From positions 1-64,000 of IMG/VR virus record IMGVR_UViG_3300042287_000745: a stretch of DNA of 64,000 bases, one strand, 5' to 3'. Below are positions 29,804 through 39,173 of this stretch, piece by piece. Both the position numbers and the translations under genes were made by a program. The notes under the pieces are model-generated. The model saw only the letters and a list, made by a program, of their open reading frames with translations. It was not told the DNA's origin and made no database searches. The first letter of the stretch is position 1. The number at the start of each line of letters is the position of its first letter. This stretch comes from a virus.

Positions 29804-31287
29804 TGGCTGCGGATATAACATTGATTAAAAAGGATGAAGTCTACATAAAAGTATTATGTGAACCTTCAATTGCCCAGGAACTTAGTGACCATTTTTGTTT
29901 CGATGTTCCTGGTGCAAAGTTTCATCCATTATATAAATCTCGTATGTGGGATGGCAAGGTTAGATTATTTTCAATGTTTACGAAAGAATTGTATACAGGG
30001 TTAAAAGATTATGTAACTGCATTTGCTAAAGAACGGGAATACACAGTACAAGATGCAATTGTTCCGAATTTTAAAGATCCAGTAACATATGAACAGGTAA
30101 AAGAATTTTGTCTTAGTTTACAATTAGCATCTAAAGGTCAACCGATTAATATTCGAGAATACCAAATAGATGCAGTATATGCAGCGATTGTTGATAGTAG
30201 ACGTTTGTTACTATCACCTACAGGTTCAGGTAAATCTCTTATAATATATTGTTTATTACGATGGCATGAAAAATTTAATCGACGTCAGCTTATTCTAGTA
30301 CCAACTACGTCTTTAGTAGAACAAATGTACACCGACTTTCAAGATTACTCGTCTATAAATGGGTGGAAGGCATCTGAACATTGTCATCGTATCTACGGTG
30401 GGCACGAAAAATCTAATGAATATGATGTTATAATTAGCACATGGCAATCTCTTTATAAATTACCTAAATCTTTTTTTAGTGATTTTAAAACAATATACGG
30501 GGATGAAGCTCATCAATTTAAGGCAAAATCGTTAACTACTATTCTAAATAAATGCGACAGCTCACCTTTTAGAATTGGAACTACTGGTACTTTAGATGGT
30601 CTTAAAACTCATCGATTAGTGCTTGAAGGTATATTTGGCCCAGTATTAAAGGTTACATCTACTAAGCAATTAATAACAGATAAAACTCTTGCAGATTTAA
30701 AAATATTTAATATTATACTTGAATATCCAGATGAAATAAGAAAATCATTAAAAGGGAATTCTTATCAGGAGGAAATGGATTTCCTTGTACAATATGAACC
30801 TAGAAACAGATTTATTCGTAATCTTGCTCTAAAACAAACTAACAATACGTTGGTACTTTTTCAGTACGTTGAAAAACATGGAAAAAGTCTACACGAAATG
30901 ATTCAACAAAAAGAACCAAATCGAAAAGTATTTTTTGTTTATGGGGGAACAGATACAGAGCAACGTGAGCAAATACGAGGATTGACAGAAAACGAAAAGG
31001 ATGCTATAATTGTAGCATCATATGGAACTTTTTCAACTGGGATAAACATTCGAAATCTGCATAATATTATTTTTGCGTCACCTTCTAAGTCTCGTATACG
31101 TAATCTACAATCAATTGGCAGAGGCCTTAGAACAAGTGATAATAAAGATAGTTGTACTCTATATGATATCGGAGATGATCTTACTTGGAAATCTAAAAAG
31201 AACTATACTTTACTACATATGATAGAACGTATTAAAATTTATAATGATGAACATTTCAATTACAAATTAATTAAGGTGTCAATCTAA
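29803..31287 (+). CDS. uvsW: Helicase UvsW
   Basis: WDGKVRLF, SPTGSGKS, DEAH, ASYGTFSTGINI, LQSIGRGLR. Confidence 0.97.
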   Translation: MAADITLIKKDEVYIKVLCEPSIAQELSDHFCFDVPGAKFHPLYKSRMWDGKVRLFSMFTKELYTGLKDYVTAFAKEREYTVQDAIVPNFKDPVTYEQVKEFCLSLQLASKGQPINIREYQIDAVYAAIVDSRRLLLSPTGSGKSLIIYCLLRWHEKFNRRQLILVPTTSLVEQMYTDFQDYSSINGWKASEHCHRIYGGHEKSNEYDVIISTWQSLYKLPKSFFSDFKTIYGDEAHQFKAKSLTTILNKCDSSPFRIGTTGTLDGLKTHRLVLEGIFGPVLKVTSTKQLITDKTLADLKIFNIILEYPDEIRKSLKGNSYQEEMDFLVQYEPRNRFIRNLALKQTNNTLVLFQYVEKHGKSLHEMIQQKEPNRKVFFVYGGTDTEQREQIRGLTENEKDAIIVASYGTFSTGINIRNLHNIIFASPSKSRIRNLQSIGRGLRTSDNKDSCTLYDIGDDLTWKSKKNYTLLHMIERIKIYNDEHFNYKLIKVSI

Positions 31288-31766
31288 TGGAAGATATAAC
31301 ATACTATAAACTATTGAAGCTTTCATCTGGAGAGAATATTATTTGTGGGACTGAGGACAATTGTAAAAATTTTACAGAAAAAGGTATGATAAGCATATCT
31401 AATCCGGTAGTTTTAAATGTACTTAGAACTCCGAAAGGTAAAAATTTGGTAGAGACGTATATACTTATACCTTGGTTTAGTTTTGCAAATGGCAATGTAT
31501 ATGACATTTCTACAGATCAGATTATTACAGCTATAGATATTAAGGAATCGCTAAAATCGAATTACTTTTCATATTTAGAACAGCGAGCATTAGAAGATGA
31601 AATAGAAGATGGGTTATCAGAAGATTTTGATAATGAAGATGAGCTTCAGGAAATAGAAGAATTCCTGGAAACCTTGGGAGAAACACATGACGACGAAAAT
31701 GACTACGATGGACGAGACGACACCGGTACTACAAGAAGTAGAAGAGGTACGAGAACCCTCCACTAA
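31287..31766 (+). CDS. Conserved Sm-like-fold hypothetical protein
   Basis: LLKLSSGENII...ISNPV...LIPW; usual gene between uvsW and gp55; acidic tail. Confidence 0.6.
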   Translation: MEDITYYKLLKLSSGENIICGTEDNCKNFTEKGMISISNPVVLNVLRTPKGKNLVETYILIPWFSFANGNVYDISTDQIITAIDIKESLKSNYFSYLEQRALEDEIEDGLSEDFDNEDELQEIEEFLETLGETHDDENDYDGRDDTGTTRSRRGTRTLH

Positions 31767-32319
31767 ATCTAAAATGGATCCTGCTCATTATGTGGATAAT
31801 AAAAAATTCTTAGCAGAACTACTAATATACAAAACTGCCGTAGATGCAGCGAAGGAAGCAGGCCAAGAAATCCCACAGGTTCCGGATTATATAGGTGAAT
31901 GTTTTATTAAAATTGCAACTCATCTTTCATATAAATCTAATTTTATTAATTATACCTTTAGAGATGATATGATTTCAGATGGTATAGAAAATTGTTTAAC
32001 TGCCGCAGGAAAATTTGATCCCACAAAATCATCTAATCCTTTCGCATATTATACTCAAATTGTTTTCTTTGCGTTTATTCGTAGAATCCAAAAAGAGAAA
32101 AAACATCAAGCAACCAAATATAAAATAATTGAAAATTTAGACTTAGATTCAATTATTCAGCAAAATGATGATAGCGAATCGGGTAGACAATTAATTGAAT
32201 TTTTAAAGAAACAATTAGATACAATTGATCCAGAAAAACGGGAAACCCCATCCGAAACAAAATCTCGAAAAAAGAAGTCTGCTGAAATGGATATTCCTAC
32301 TATAGACTTACTTACCTAA
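31687..32319 (+). CDS. gp55: Late-transcription sigma factor gp55
   Basis: HYVDNKKF, YIGECFIKIA, NFINYTFRDDMISDGIEN, NPFAYYTQI. GGGAG RBS before 31687; overlaps the upstream ORF by 80 nt. Confidence 0.95.
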   Translation: MTTKMTTMDETTPVLQEVEEVREPSTKSKMDPAHYVDNKKFLAELLIYKTAVDAAKEAGQEIPQVPDYIGECFIKIATHLSYKSNFINYTFRDDMISDGIENCLTAAGKFDPTKSSNPFAYYTQIVFFAFIRRIQKEKKHQATKYKIIENLDLDSIIQQNDDSESGRQLIEFLKKQLDTIDPEKRETPSETKSRKKKSAEMDIPTIDLLT

Positions 32320-32357
32320 ATACTATATACTGTATAATTAAATTGATAAAGACTTAT

Positions 32358-33221
32358 ATGAGCAAAATTAAAGTAGCAGAACTATTTTATAGTATTCAGG
32401 GAGAAGGTCGGTACATGGGTGTTCCTTCTGTTTTCTTGCGCACATTTGGTTGTAACTTTAAGTGCGCAGGGTTTGGTATGCCAAAAGGTCAAGTTAGTAC
32501 AGAAGTAGATGATATTGCATATACGCATATGAATATTGAATCATTCCAAACATATCAAGAACTTCCTTTGGTAAGTACTGGGTGTGATAGTTATGCAAGT
32601 TGGGATCCTAGATTTAAGGGACTATCTCCTCTCCTTGAAGTTGACAGTATCGCAAAATCTATTGTAGACCTGTTACCCGCAAAAGGTTGGCAACAAGAGC
32701 ATTTGGTAATTACTGGCGGTGAACCTTTATTGGGCTGGCAAAAATCCTACGAAGAATTATTAGAACATCCTTTGATGAAATCTTTAGATGAACTAACATT
32801 TGAAACAAACGGTACCCAATCTTTGACTGAGGAATTTACTGATTATCTATTTCAAGAATGGACGCGATTTGGTAGAGATTATGATAAATTAACTTTTTCG
32901 GTTTCCCCTAAATTATCTGTTTCGGGAGAAAAGTGGGAAGATGCAATTAAGCCAGATGTAGTTTGTGACTATCAAAAAATAGGCAATACGTATTTAAAAT
33001 TTGTAGTAGCATCAGAAGAAGATGTCGTTGAAGCAGAAAAAGCAGTAGCGGAATATCGCAAAGCCGGATTTTATGGGCATATTTATTTGATGCCGGTAGG
33101 TGGTATTGAAACCGTGTATTATATGAACAATAAACGAGTTGCAGAAATGGCAATGAAGTTGGGCTGGAGATATTCCGATAGATTACAAGTTCCCTTATTT
33201 AAGAATCAATGGGGAACGTAA
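32358..33221 (+). CDS. queE: 7-carboxy-7-deazaguanine synthase (radical SAM)
   Basis: ELFYSIQGEG, VFLRTFGCNFKC...GCDS (split CxxxCxxC), VITGGEPL, FETNGT, SVSPKL. Confidence 0.9.
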   Translation: MSKIKVAELFYSIQGEGRYMGVPSVFLRTFGCNFKCAGFGMPKGQVSTEVDDIAYTHMNIESFQTYQELPLVSTGCDSYASWDPRFKGLSPLLEVDSIAKSIVDLLPAKGWQQEHLVITGGEPLLGWQKSYEELLEHPLMKSLDELTFETNGTQSLTEEFTDYLFQEWTRFGRDYDKLTFSVSPKLSVSGEKWEDAIKPDVVCDYQKIGNTYLKFVVASEEDVVEAEKAVAEYRKAGFYGHIYLMPVGGIETVYYMNNKRVAEMAMKLGWRYSDRLQVPLFKNQWGT

Positions 33222-33646
33222 TGGAATATAGCTATTCTGATTATGATGCTGATATATATTCTTTGTTGGCAAAAATAAAACAACGTAATAAAAAGTATGA
33301 TTATGTTGTAGGTATTAAACGTGGAGGACTTATTCCTGCGGTATGTTTATCGCATGCTTTAAATATTCCATTATATAATTTAGATTGGTCTACACGAGAT
33401 TGGGCGACGCAGGATATTCGTAATCAAGTATTACAACCCGAATCTAAAATTTTGCTAGTAGATGATATTTGCGACTCCGGCAAAACTCTAATAACATTGA
33501 AAGAACTATATAGTTTTTGTGATATTGATACTGCGGTGTTAGTTTATAATATAGATCAGATACACATACCAAATTATTATGCAAGAACTATTAATCGAAA
33601 ATATCAAAAAGAATTTATTAATTTTTGGTGGGAAGCATATAAATAA
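33221..33646 (+). CDS. Purine phosphoribosyltransferase (Gpt/Hpt-like)
   Basis: VVGIKRGGLIPA, PRPP-binding ILLVDDICDSGKT, C-terminal INFWWE. Confidence 0.85.
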   Translation: MEYSYSDYDADIYSLLAKIKQRNKKYDYVVGIKRGGLIPAVCLSHALNIPLYNLDWSTRDWATQDIRNQVLQPESKILLVDDICDSGKTLITLKELYSFCDIDTAVLVYNIDQIHIPNYYARTINRKYQKEFINFWWEAYK

Positions 33647-33700
33647 CTATGTCGCACAACGGCGACAAATTACAAAACTCATATCCGTGTAAGGAAGGAT
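33638..33700 (+). promoter_or_regulatory. Late promoter TATAAATA plus two leader hairpins upstream of folE
   Basis: TATAAATA 33638-33645; TGTCGC/GCGACA stem 33650-33667; ATCC/GGAT stem 33683-33700 overlapping the AAGGAAGGA RBS. Confidence 0.55.
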
Positions 33701-33706
33701 TCTAAA

Positions 33707-34387
33707 ATGTCATACAACAAAACTAAAACAGATTCAGAATTAGGTCAACAAGTACATGCCTACCTAGTTAAAATGGGAGTTGAAACTCCTACTATTTCTA
33801 GACTAATTGATCGTAAAGAAAAAATTGAGATTATTGAAAAGAATTTCATTAATATTATGGACACACTTGGATTGGACTTATCAGATGATAGTCTAATGGA
33901 AACCCCTAAACGGGTCGCAAAAATGTATGTCAACGAAATATTTTGGGGATTAGATTATGATGCATTTCCAAAATGTACTACGGTTGAAAATAAAATGCGT
34001 TATAACGAAATGGTTGTTGAGCGTAATGTAAATGTTCAAAGTAATTGCGAGCATCACTTTGTAGTTATTGATGGGTTGGCGACTATCGCATATGTTCCTA
34101 AAAATCATGTTCTTGGTTTAAGTAAAATTAATCGTATCGTAGAATATTTTAGTAAGCGCCCTCAAATACAGGAACGGTTAACAGAACAAATTTTTCATGC
34201 ATTATGTTTTATTCTAAATACTGACGATGTTGCTGTATTAATTGATGCTCAGCATTACTGTGTTAAATCTAGAGGTGTTGAAGATACGGGCAGTTCTACT
34301 GTTACCGTACGCCTCGGAGGAGGATTTAAGACCGACCCCGCAGTAAGAAATGAATTTTTAAGTATTGCGAGAATGGGCAAAAAATGA
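33707..34387 (+). CDS. folE: GTP cyclohydrolase I
   Basis: ETPKRVAKM, SNCEHHF, GLSKINRIV, RPQIQERLT, HYCVKSRGV. Confidence 0.97.
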   Translation: MSYNKTKTDSELGQQVHAYLVKMGVETPTISRLIDRKEKIEIIEKNFINIMDTLGLDLSDDSLMETPKRVAKMYVNEIFWGLDYDAFPKCTTVENKMRYNEMVVERNVNVQSNCEHHFVVIDGLATIAYVPKNHVLGLSKINRIVEYFSKRPQIQERLTEQIFHALCFILNTDDVAVLIDAQHYCVKSRGVEDTGSSTVTVRLGGGFKTDPAVRNEFLSIARMGKK

Positions 34388-34896
34388 CTGTTCATGTTAT
34401 GATTGATCTAGAAACAATGTCTACAAGATCACATGCGGCGATTTGTTCAATAGGTGCAGTAAAGTTTAAAGGTAAAGAGATTCTTGATACCTTTTACTGC
34501 ACCATTGATTTAAAAACGTGTAAAGATGTTGGTCTACATATATCGAAGGATACTGTAGAATGGTGGTCTAAACAAAATAAAGAAGCACTAAAAGCTTTAA
34601 CTAAAAATACTATTCCGTTGGACGAAGCATTAACCAATTTTGAGGGTTGGTTCGGTCCTAAGAGTTTACCTATATGGGGCAACGGTGCAGTATTTGATAA
34701 TACAATTCTTACTAACGCATATTTGTATTCCGATAGAGAACCACCTTGGAAATGTTGGGATGATAGATGTTATAGAACAGTTAAGAATTTATTTAACTGG
34801 ATTCCTGCAGATGAAAGGGTCGGCGTTCATCATAATGCTTTAGATGATGCGTTATATCAAACAAACCATTTAATTAAAATTTTAGGCGATTCGTAA
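34384..34896 (+). CDS. DEDDh 3'-5' exonuclease (DexA/Rv2179c-like)
   Basis: MIDLETM, WGNGAVFDN, DRCYRT, HNALDDA. Confidence 0.85.
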   Translation: MTVHVMIDLETMSTRSHAAICSIGAVKFKGKEILDTFYCTIDLKTCKDVGLHISKDTVEWWSKQNKEALKALTKNTIPLDEALTNFEGWFGPKSLPIWGNGAVFDNTILTNAYLYSDREPPWKCWDDRCYRTVKNLFNWIPADERVGVHHNALDDALYQTNHLIKILGDS

Positions 34897-34927
34897 TACA
34901 ATATTAAATTGAGTTGAATAATTAACT

Positions 34928-36292
34928 ATGAATACGTATAAAAAAAGAATAGCATTTTGTCTTAGTGATCAACATACTATTCCTCACGGCGGATTAGGTC
35001 AATTCGCAAAATCCTTTATTGAAACTTTTACTCCTCTCGGATATAAGGTAGATATTATATTAGATAGACCAGCATCTAATACAGGGTTCAAAACATACTT
35101 AGAAGAACAAGGCGCAAGATTTATTTGCGCCGAACCTATTAGCTATACAAACCATACAAAAACATTTATGTTTGAGGATTCCTTTAACTTTGAAAAGATG
35201 GTAAATTTCAGGGAATCCATGATGAAAGCACTTAATGAAAATTTGTATGACATTATTATATGTAATACATTAGAATCATTCCCCGCAATTTATTCATTGA
35301 ATCTACAAAAAAGTATACAAATAATTTATTATACCCATAATGAAAGTATGGTATTTTTAGATGATCGTGAATGGAAAAATGAATTTACGGAATCATTTAA
35401 TGAAACATTTAACGCATTAATGGGCGTTAAAGGTATTACGATTGGTACTCAGACTTTGCGAAATTTATCTGAATTACATAAGTCTAAAATACCAAATGCG
35501 AAATATTTGCCAATACTTATGACTGAGAAAACATTACTACAAAAGCACATTAAGCCTAGAGAAGGTGTATTGTGGATCGGTCGATGGGAACCTAGGAAAA
35601 ATCCAGAAGCATTTATTGAGATGATTCAACAAACAGGATTGCCTGCAAAAGTAATTACAAATGCAACAGGCGCAAAGAAGTTTGAAACTGCATTGCAAGC
35701 TATTAATGCTAAATATGAAATAAGATCAGGAATATATGGACAAGAAAAGGTAGACTTTTTAACGTCTGCGAGAGTAGCATACAATCCTGCGATACGAGAA
35801 AGTTTTGGATTAGCATTTTATGAAACAATAGGGCACATGCCGACCGTTGCAATTGAGGGAATGTCCTGGTTAGGAAATTTTCCTAATACTAACTATTTTG
35901 CAGTACAGAAAAAAGTAGTACCTAAGGTAATCGTTGACCTATATGCAAAGTTTAAGAATTCTGAACTTTGGTATCAACAAGGAGTTCTAGAATCAATACG
36001 AACTTTAGATAGAAATGGTATAGAAGAATGGGAACGGTGTTTTAATTCTTTTGAATATATTAAATCAATTTCTGAAAGAGCTAAAATTAATGAAGTCGAT
36101 GTATCTACGTATAAAGATTTTATAACTTCTCTAAATAGGAAAGCTTTGTCTATTGACGATGTTCGTTCTGTATTGACAAACAAGCATAAATTTAATATAA
36201 TATACACAGATACACAAACCTATATATCTAAAGACAAAAACTTCGTTCCAAAAGAAGAATCTGATAATTCACTAGAAAGTTTATTCGTATGA
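34928..36292 (+). CDS. GT-B (GT4-like) glycosyltransferase
   Basis: PHGGLGQF N-terminal loop, YYTH, WIGRWEPRKNPE, and the ExxxxxxxE motif RESFGLAFYE. Confidence 0.8.
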   Translation: MNTYKKRIAFCLSDQHTIPHGGLGQFAKSFIETFTPLGYKVDIILDRPASNTGFKTYLEEQGARFICAEPISYTNHTKTFMFEDSFNFEKMVNFRESMMKALNENLYDIIICNTLESFPAIYSLNLQKSIQIIYYTHNESMVFLDDREWKNEFTESFNETFNALMGVKGITIGTQTLRNLSELHKSKIPNAKYLPILMTEKTLLQKHIKPREGVLWIGRWEPRKNPEAFIEMIQQTGLPAKVITNATGAKKFETALQAINAKYEIRSGIYGQEKVDFLTSARVAYNPAIRESFGLAFYETIGHMPTVAIEGMSWLGNFPNTNYFAVQKKVVPKVIVDLYAKFKNSELWYQQGVLESIRTLDRNGIEEWERCFNSFEYIKSISERAKINEVDVSTYKDFITSLNRKALSIDDVRSVLTNKHKFNIIYTDTQTYISKDKNFVPKEESDNSLESLFV

Positions 36293-37578
36293 GCCGACAA
36301 TTAGAATATGTTATATCTGGACCAGCATACCTTCGGTTGGGGTCTGAGCAATGCGATGATCCTGAAACATTGCAAATGATTAATGATTTGATTCTTAAAA
36401 CGGTTCATAATAAAAATAATCATCAATTTTCTCTTTTGTATAATGGATTTACAGAAAAGAACTTTGGTAAGAAATTGCAAAAATATAGACCAGCAGTTAA
36501 AAATATTCATGCGGACTCTGGTGGTTTGCAGATTGTTACTCGTGGATTGCAGAATACTCCTGAGACAAGAAACAAAGTATATGAAAATCAGGCAGCATGG
36601 GCAGATATTGGAATGGCATTTGATGAGATTCCGGTAAAATCTACTTCTGCAAGTGGCGTATCCTCAAAAATTGATACTAAACGTAGATATGTTGATATGG
36701 AAAATTTTGAGACATATGCAAGACAGACAGGTAAGAATGTTAAAGATCAAATTTTAAAATTTGATTCTGTTAAAAGTGATTGTCGTCCTTTTGTTATTAT
36801 TCAGGGGTCAGGGCAAGATACGTATCAGCAGTGGACTGAATATATGTTAGATGAAATTCCTAAAGAATTGCATCATCGTATTGGCGGTGTCGCTATGGGA
36901 TCGGCTGCATTGGGTATGGGACCACTCGAAGATGTAAAGCGAGCATTTTATGTAAATGCTGTACCTTTTGAAAAACCGTTTCATCTACACGTACTAGGGG
37001 TAGGTGCATTAAAACGCATATTGCCGTATTTACTTTTTAGCCAAACTGGTCTTTATAAAGATATTGATATATCATATGATTCTACAACACATTCTATGTC
37101 ATTGGATAACGGATTATTTTACTTCTCACATTGTAAAAAAGGTACACCTGGAGACTATGGTGGATCATCTGTAAAAATGGGTAGACCATATTCTAATATC
37201 TATCGGACTGTTACTAACGAAATTAATTCAGTATGTGGTACAGATTACTCCCCTGAAGAATATCATAAATTGATGAATATTTCAGTCGGTGAATATTTAG
37301 AAAAGGGTGGTAAATTTATAGATATTATGCGTGCTCGACTTTCCTTTATTTTAACAAATGTGCATAATTTTACTATGGATGTCTCAAACTTAATGAATTC
37401 TAAAGATGAATTTTTACGTTTCTGTAGAGATAAGAATTGTGAAAATGAATATAGTACATTATTCGATGTCAAAACATCTGAGGATTTTATCTATTGGGAA
37501 AAACACGTAGGAAAATTTATGGATTCATCTCCGGTAAATATTATTGCACCATCATCTCTTGAGGACTTATTTGCATGA
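36289..37578 (+). CDS. dpdA: DNA 7-deazaguanine transglycosylase (DpdA/TGT-like)
   Basis: TGT-barrel motifs HADSGGLQ, AFDEIP, VIIQG, HLHVLGVG and SYDSTT, inside a folE/queD/queE cluster. No obvious bacterial Tgt zinc site. Confidence 0.8.
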   Translation: MSRQLEYVISGPAYLRLGSEQCDDPETLQMINDLILKTVHNKNNHQFSLLYNGFTEKNFGKKLQKYRPAVKNIHADSGGLQIVTRGLQNTPETRNKVYENQAAWADIGMAFDEIPVKSTSASGVSSKIDTKRRYVDMENFETYARQTGKNVKDQILKFDSVKSDCRPFVIIQGSGQDTYQQWTEYMLDEIPKELHHRIGGVAMGSAALGMGPLEDVKRAFYVNAVPFEKPFHLHVLGVGALKRILPYLLFSQTGLYKDIDISYDSTTHSMSLDNGLFYFSHCKKGTPGDYGGSSVKMGRPYSNIYRTVTNEINSVCGTDYSPEEYHKLMNISVGEYLEKGGKFIDIMRARLSFILTNVHNFTMDVSNLMNSKDEFLRFCRDKNCENEYSTLFDVKTSEDFIYWEKHVGKFMDSSPVNIIAPSSLEDLFA

Positions 37579-37994
37579 ATTTTGCTAGCTCAATTATTAA
37601 TACATCTGACATAATTATGAAACAAACAAGTTATATTTGGGTAACATTCCAAAAAGAGGGTATCCACAAATATCCTGCTGCGGCAACGGATCCTAAATTA
37701 GCAACAGGCGATTGGCTCGATGTTAGTTTCTTAAGTACACCACATCGGCATATATTTCATTTCAGAGTTGAGATGCAGGTATTCCATGATGATCGAGATG
37801 TAGAATTTATACAAGCAAAACGAATAATGGAACGATGGTATTCTGATGGCACATTGCAGTTAGATTATAAATCTTGCGAAATGATGGCTAGAGAGCTATA
37901 TGGTCGCCTAAATACTATGTGGCCTAATAGAAATTATGTTATTGAAGTATCTGAAGATAACGAAAACGGTTGTAAACTATATTTTGGAGAGTAA
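37575..37994 (+). CDS. QueD-like T-fold protein with LxxxHRHxF motif (DpdL-like, putative CDG decarboxylase)
   Basis: FLSTPHRHIFHFRV, DRDVEFI, SCEMMA, VSEDNENG. Start may be at 37617. Confidence 0.7.
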   Translation: MNFASSIINTSDIIMKQTSYIWVTFQKEGIHKYPAAATDPKLATGDWLDVSFLSTPHRHIFHFRVEMQVFHDDRDVEFIQAKRIMERWYSDGTLQLDYKSCEMMARELYGRLNTMWPNRNYVIEVSEDNENGCKLYFGE

Positions 37995-38000
37995 ATACTG

Positions 38001-39173
38001 ATGCGTAAATTGATATACTGTGGACTTGAGCCATACGAAGGCCGTTATACTTTGCAGCTTCAGCAATGGAACGAAGCGGCATTTAAACGTAGAGGCATCA
38101 ATTATGAAATTATCCATGGTGATACTTTGGATAATTCTAAGTCAATTGTAACCGGGCAAGTATTGGATGCACATGGTCGTAGTTATTATTCTTTGACACA
38201 GATGGCAAAACTTGTTGCAAAGATGAAAGCCGGCGAAATTCAGTATGATGACATAATTTTCTTCGAAGATATGTTTACTCCTGGTATGGAAGTATTACCT
38301 TACATTATGGATCAATGTGGTTGGGAACATCAGCCTAGAGTTTTTGTTAGGTGTTTAGCTCAGACAATTGATCCCGACGACTTCTTACATGTCTGGGATA
38401 TGCAAGGATGGATGGCACACTATGAGAAGATGGTTAATACTTGGGTTAGTGGTGTATTAGCATCAAATGAGGAGATGGTTGCTCATATGAAAATTGCGGG
38501 TTGGCAAGTGCCTATGTATAATATCTCAGGATTAGCATTTGATCAAAATGAGGTTCGTAGTCGAGTAAAGAATATTCGCCCATTCAACGAACGTAAAAAT
38601 CGAGTAGTGTTCTCTGCAAGATTCGATCAGGAAAAGCAGCCGGGATTCTTTATGGATATTATAGAACATTTTGGGCCTAAATCGGATATTGAATTCGCGG
38701 TGTTGTCGGGTGGCCCTTTACGTAGTAATGACGACTCCTATATAGACCGAGCAGTTGAATTAACTAAGAAGCATCCGAATTTTAAAATATACGAAAATCT
38801 TAAAAAGGATGAGTATTATGAATTGCTTGCAGATTCCAAAGTATTATTTAATTGTGCCTTGCAAGATTGGGTAAGTAATACTGCATCAGAAGCAGACGCA
38901 TTAGGCACAAATTGTTTGTTCCCCGCCTACAGATCATTTCCTGAAACATTCGCAAATGATCCCGAATGTTTATATATTCCTTGGTCTAAAGAAGATGCCA
39001 CAAATAAATTAGAGTGCTTATTGGAAACTCCTAGAAACGGCATTGGCACATTGGCTAACTGGACCTCAGGAACTATTGACAGATGCCTCGATATTATGTT
39101 AGGATTAGATAATGGTAAGTGGAATAGAAATCAATCTAATTATAGAAATCATACATCTGAGACCAAGTATTAA
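38001..39173 (+). CDS. GT-B (GT4-like) glycosyltransferase
   Basis: VVFSARFDQEKQPGFF, EYYELLADSKVLFNCALQDWVSNTASEA, FPAYRSFPE. Confidence 0.75.
   Translation: MRKLIYCGLEPYEGRYTLQLQQWNEAAFKRRGINYEIIHGDTLDNSKSIVTGQVLDAHGRSYYSLTQMAKLVAKMKAGEIQYDDIIFFEDMFTPGMEVLPYIMDQCGWEHQPRVFVRCLAQTIDPDDFLHVWDMQGWMAHYEKMVNTWVSGVLASNEEMVAHMKIAGWQVPMYNISGLAFDQNEVRSRVKNIRPFNERKNRVVFSARFDQEKQPGFFMDIIEHFGPKSDIEFAVLSGGPLRSNDDSYIDRAVELTKKHPNFKIYENLKKDEYYELLADSKVLFNCALQDWVSNTASEADALGTNCLFPAYRSFPETFANDPECLYIPWSKEDATNKLECLLETPRNGIGTLANWTSGTIDRCLDIMLGLDNGKWNRNQSNYRNHTSETKY

Noticed and set aside
36289-37578. Canonical tRNA-guanine transglycosylase (tgt) for queuosine
   Set aside because: Lacks the evident C-terminal zinc motif and is highly divergent; the phage folE/queD/queE context favours DNA-acting DpdA.
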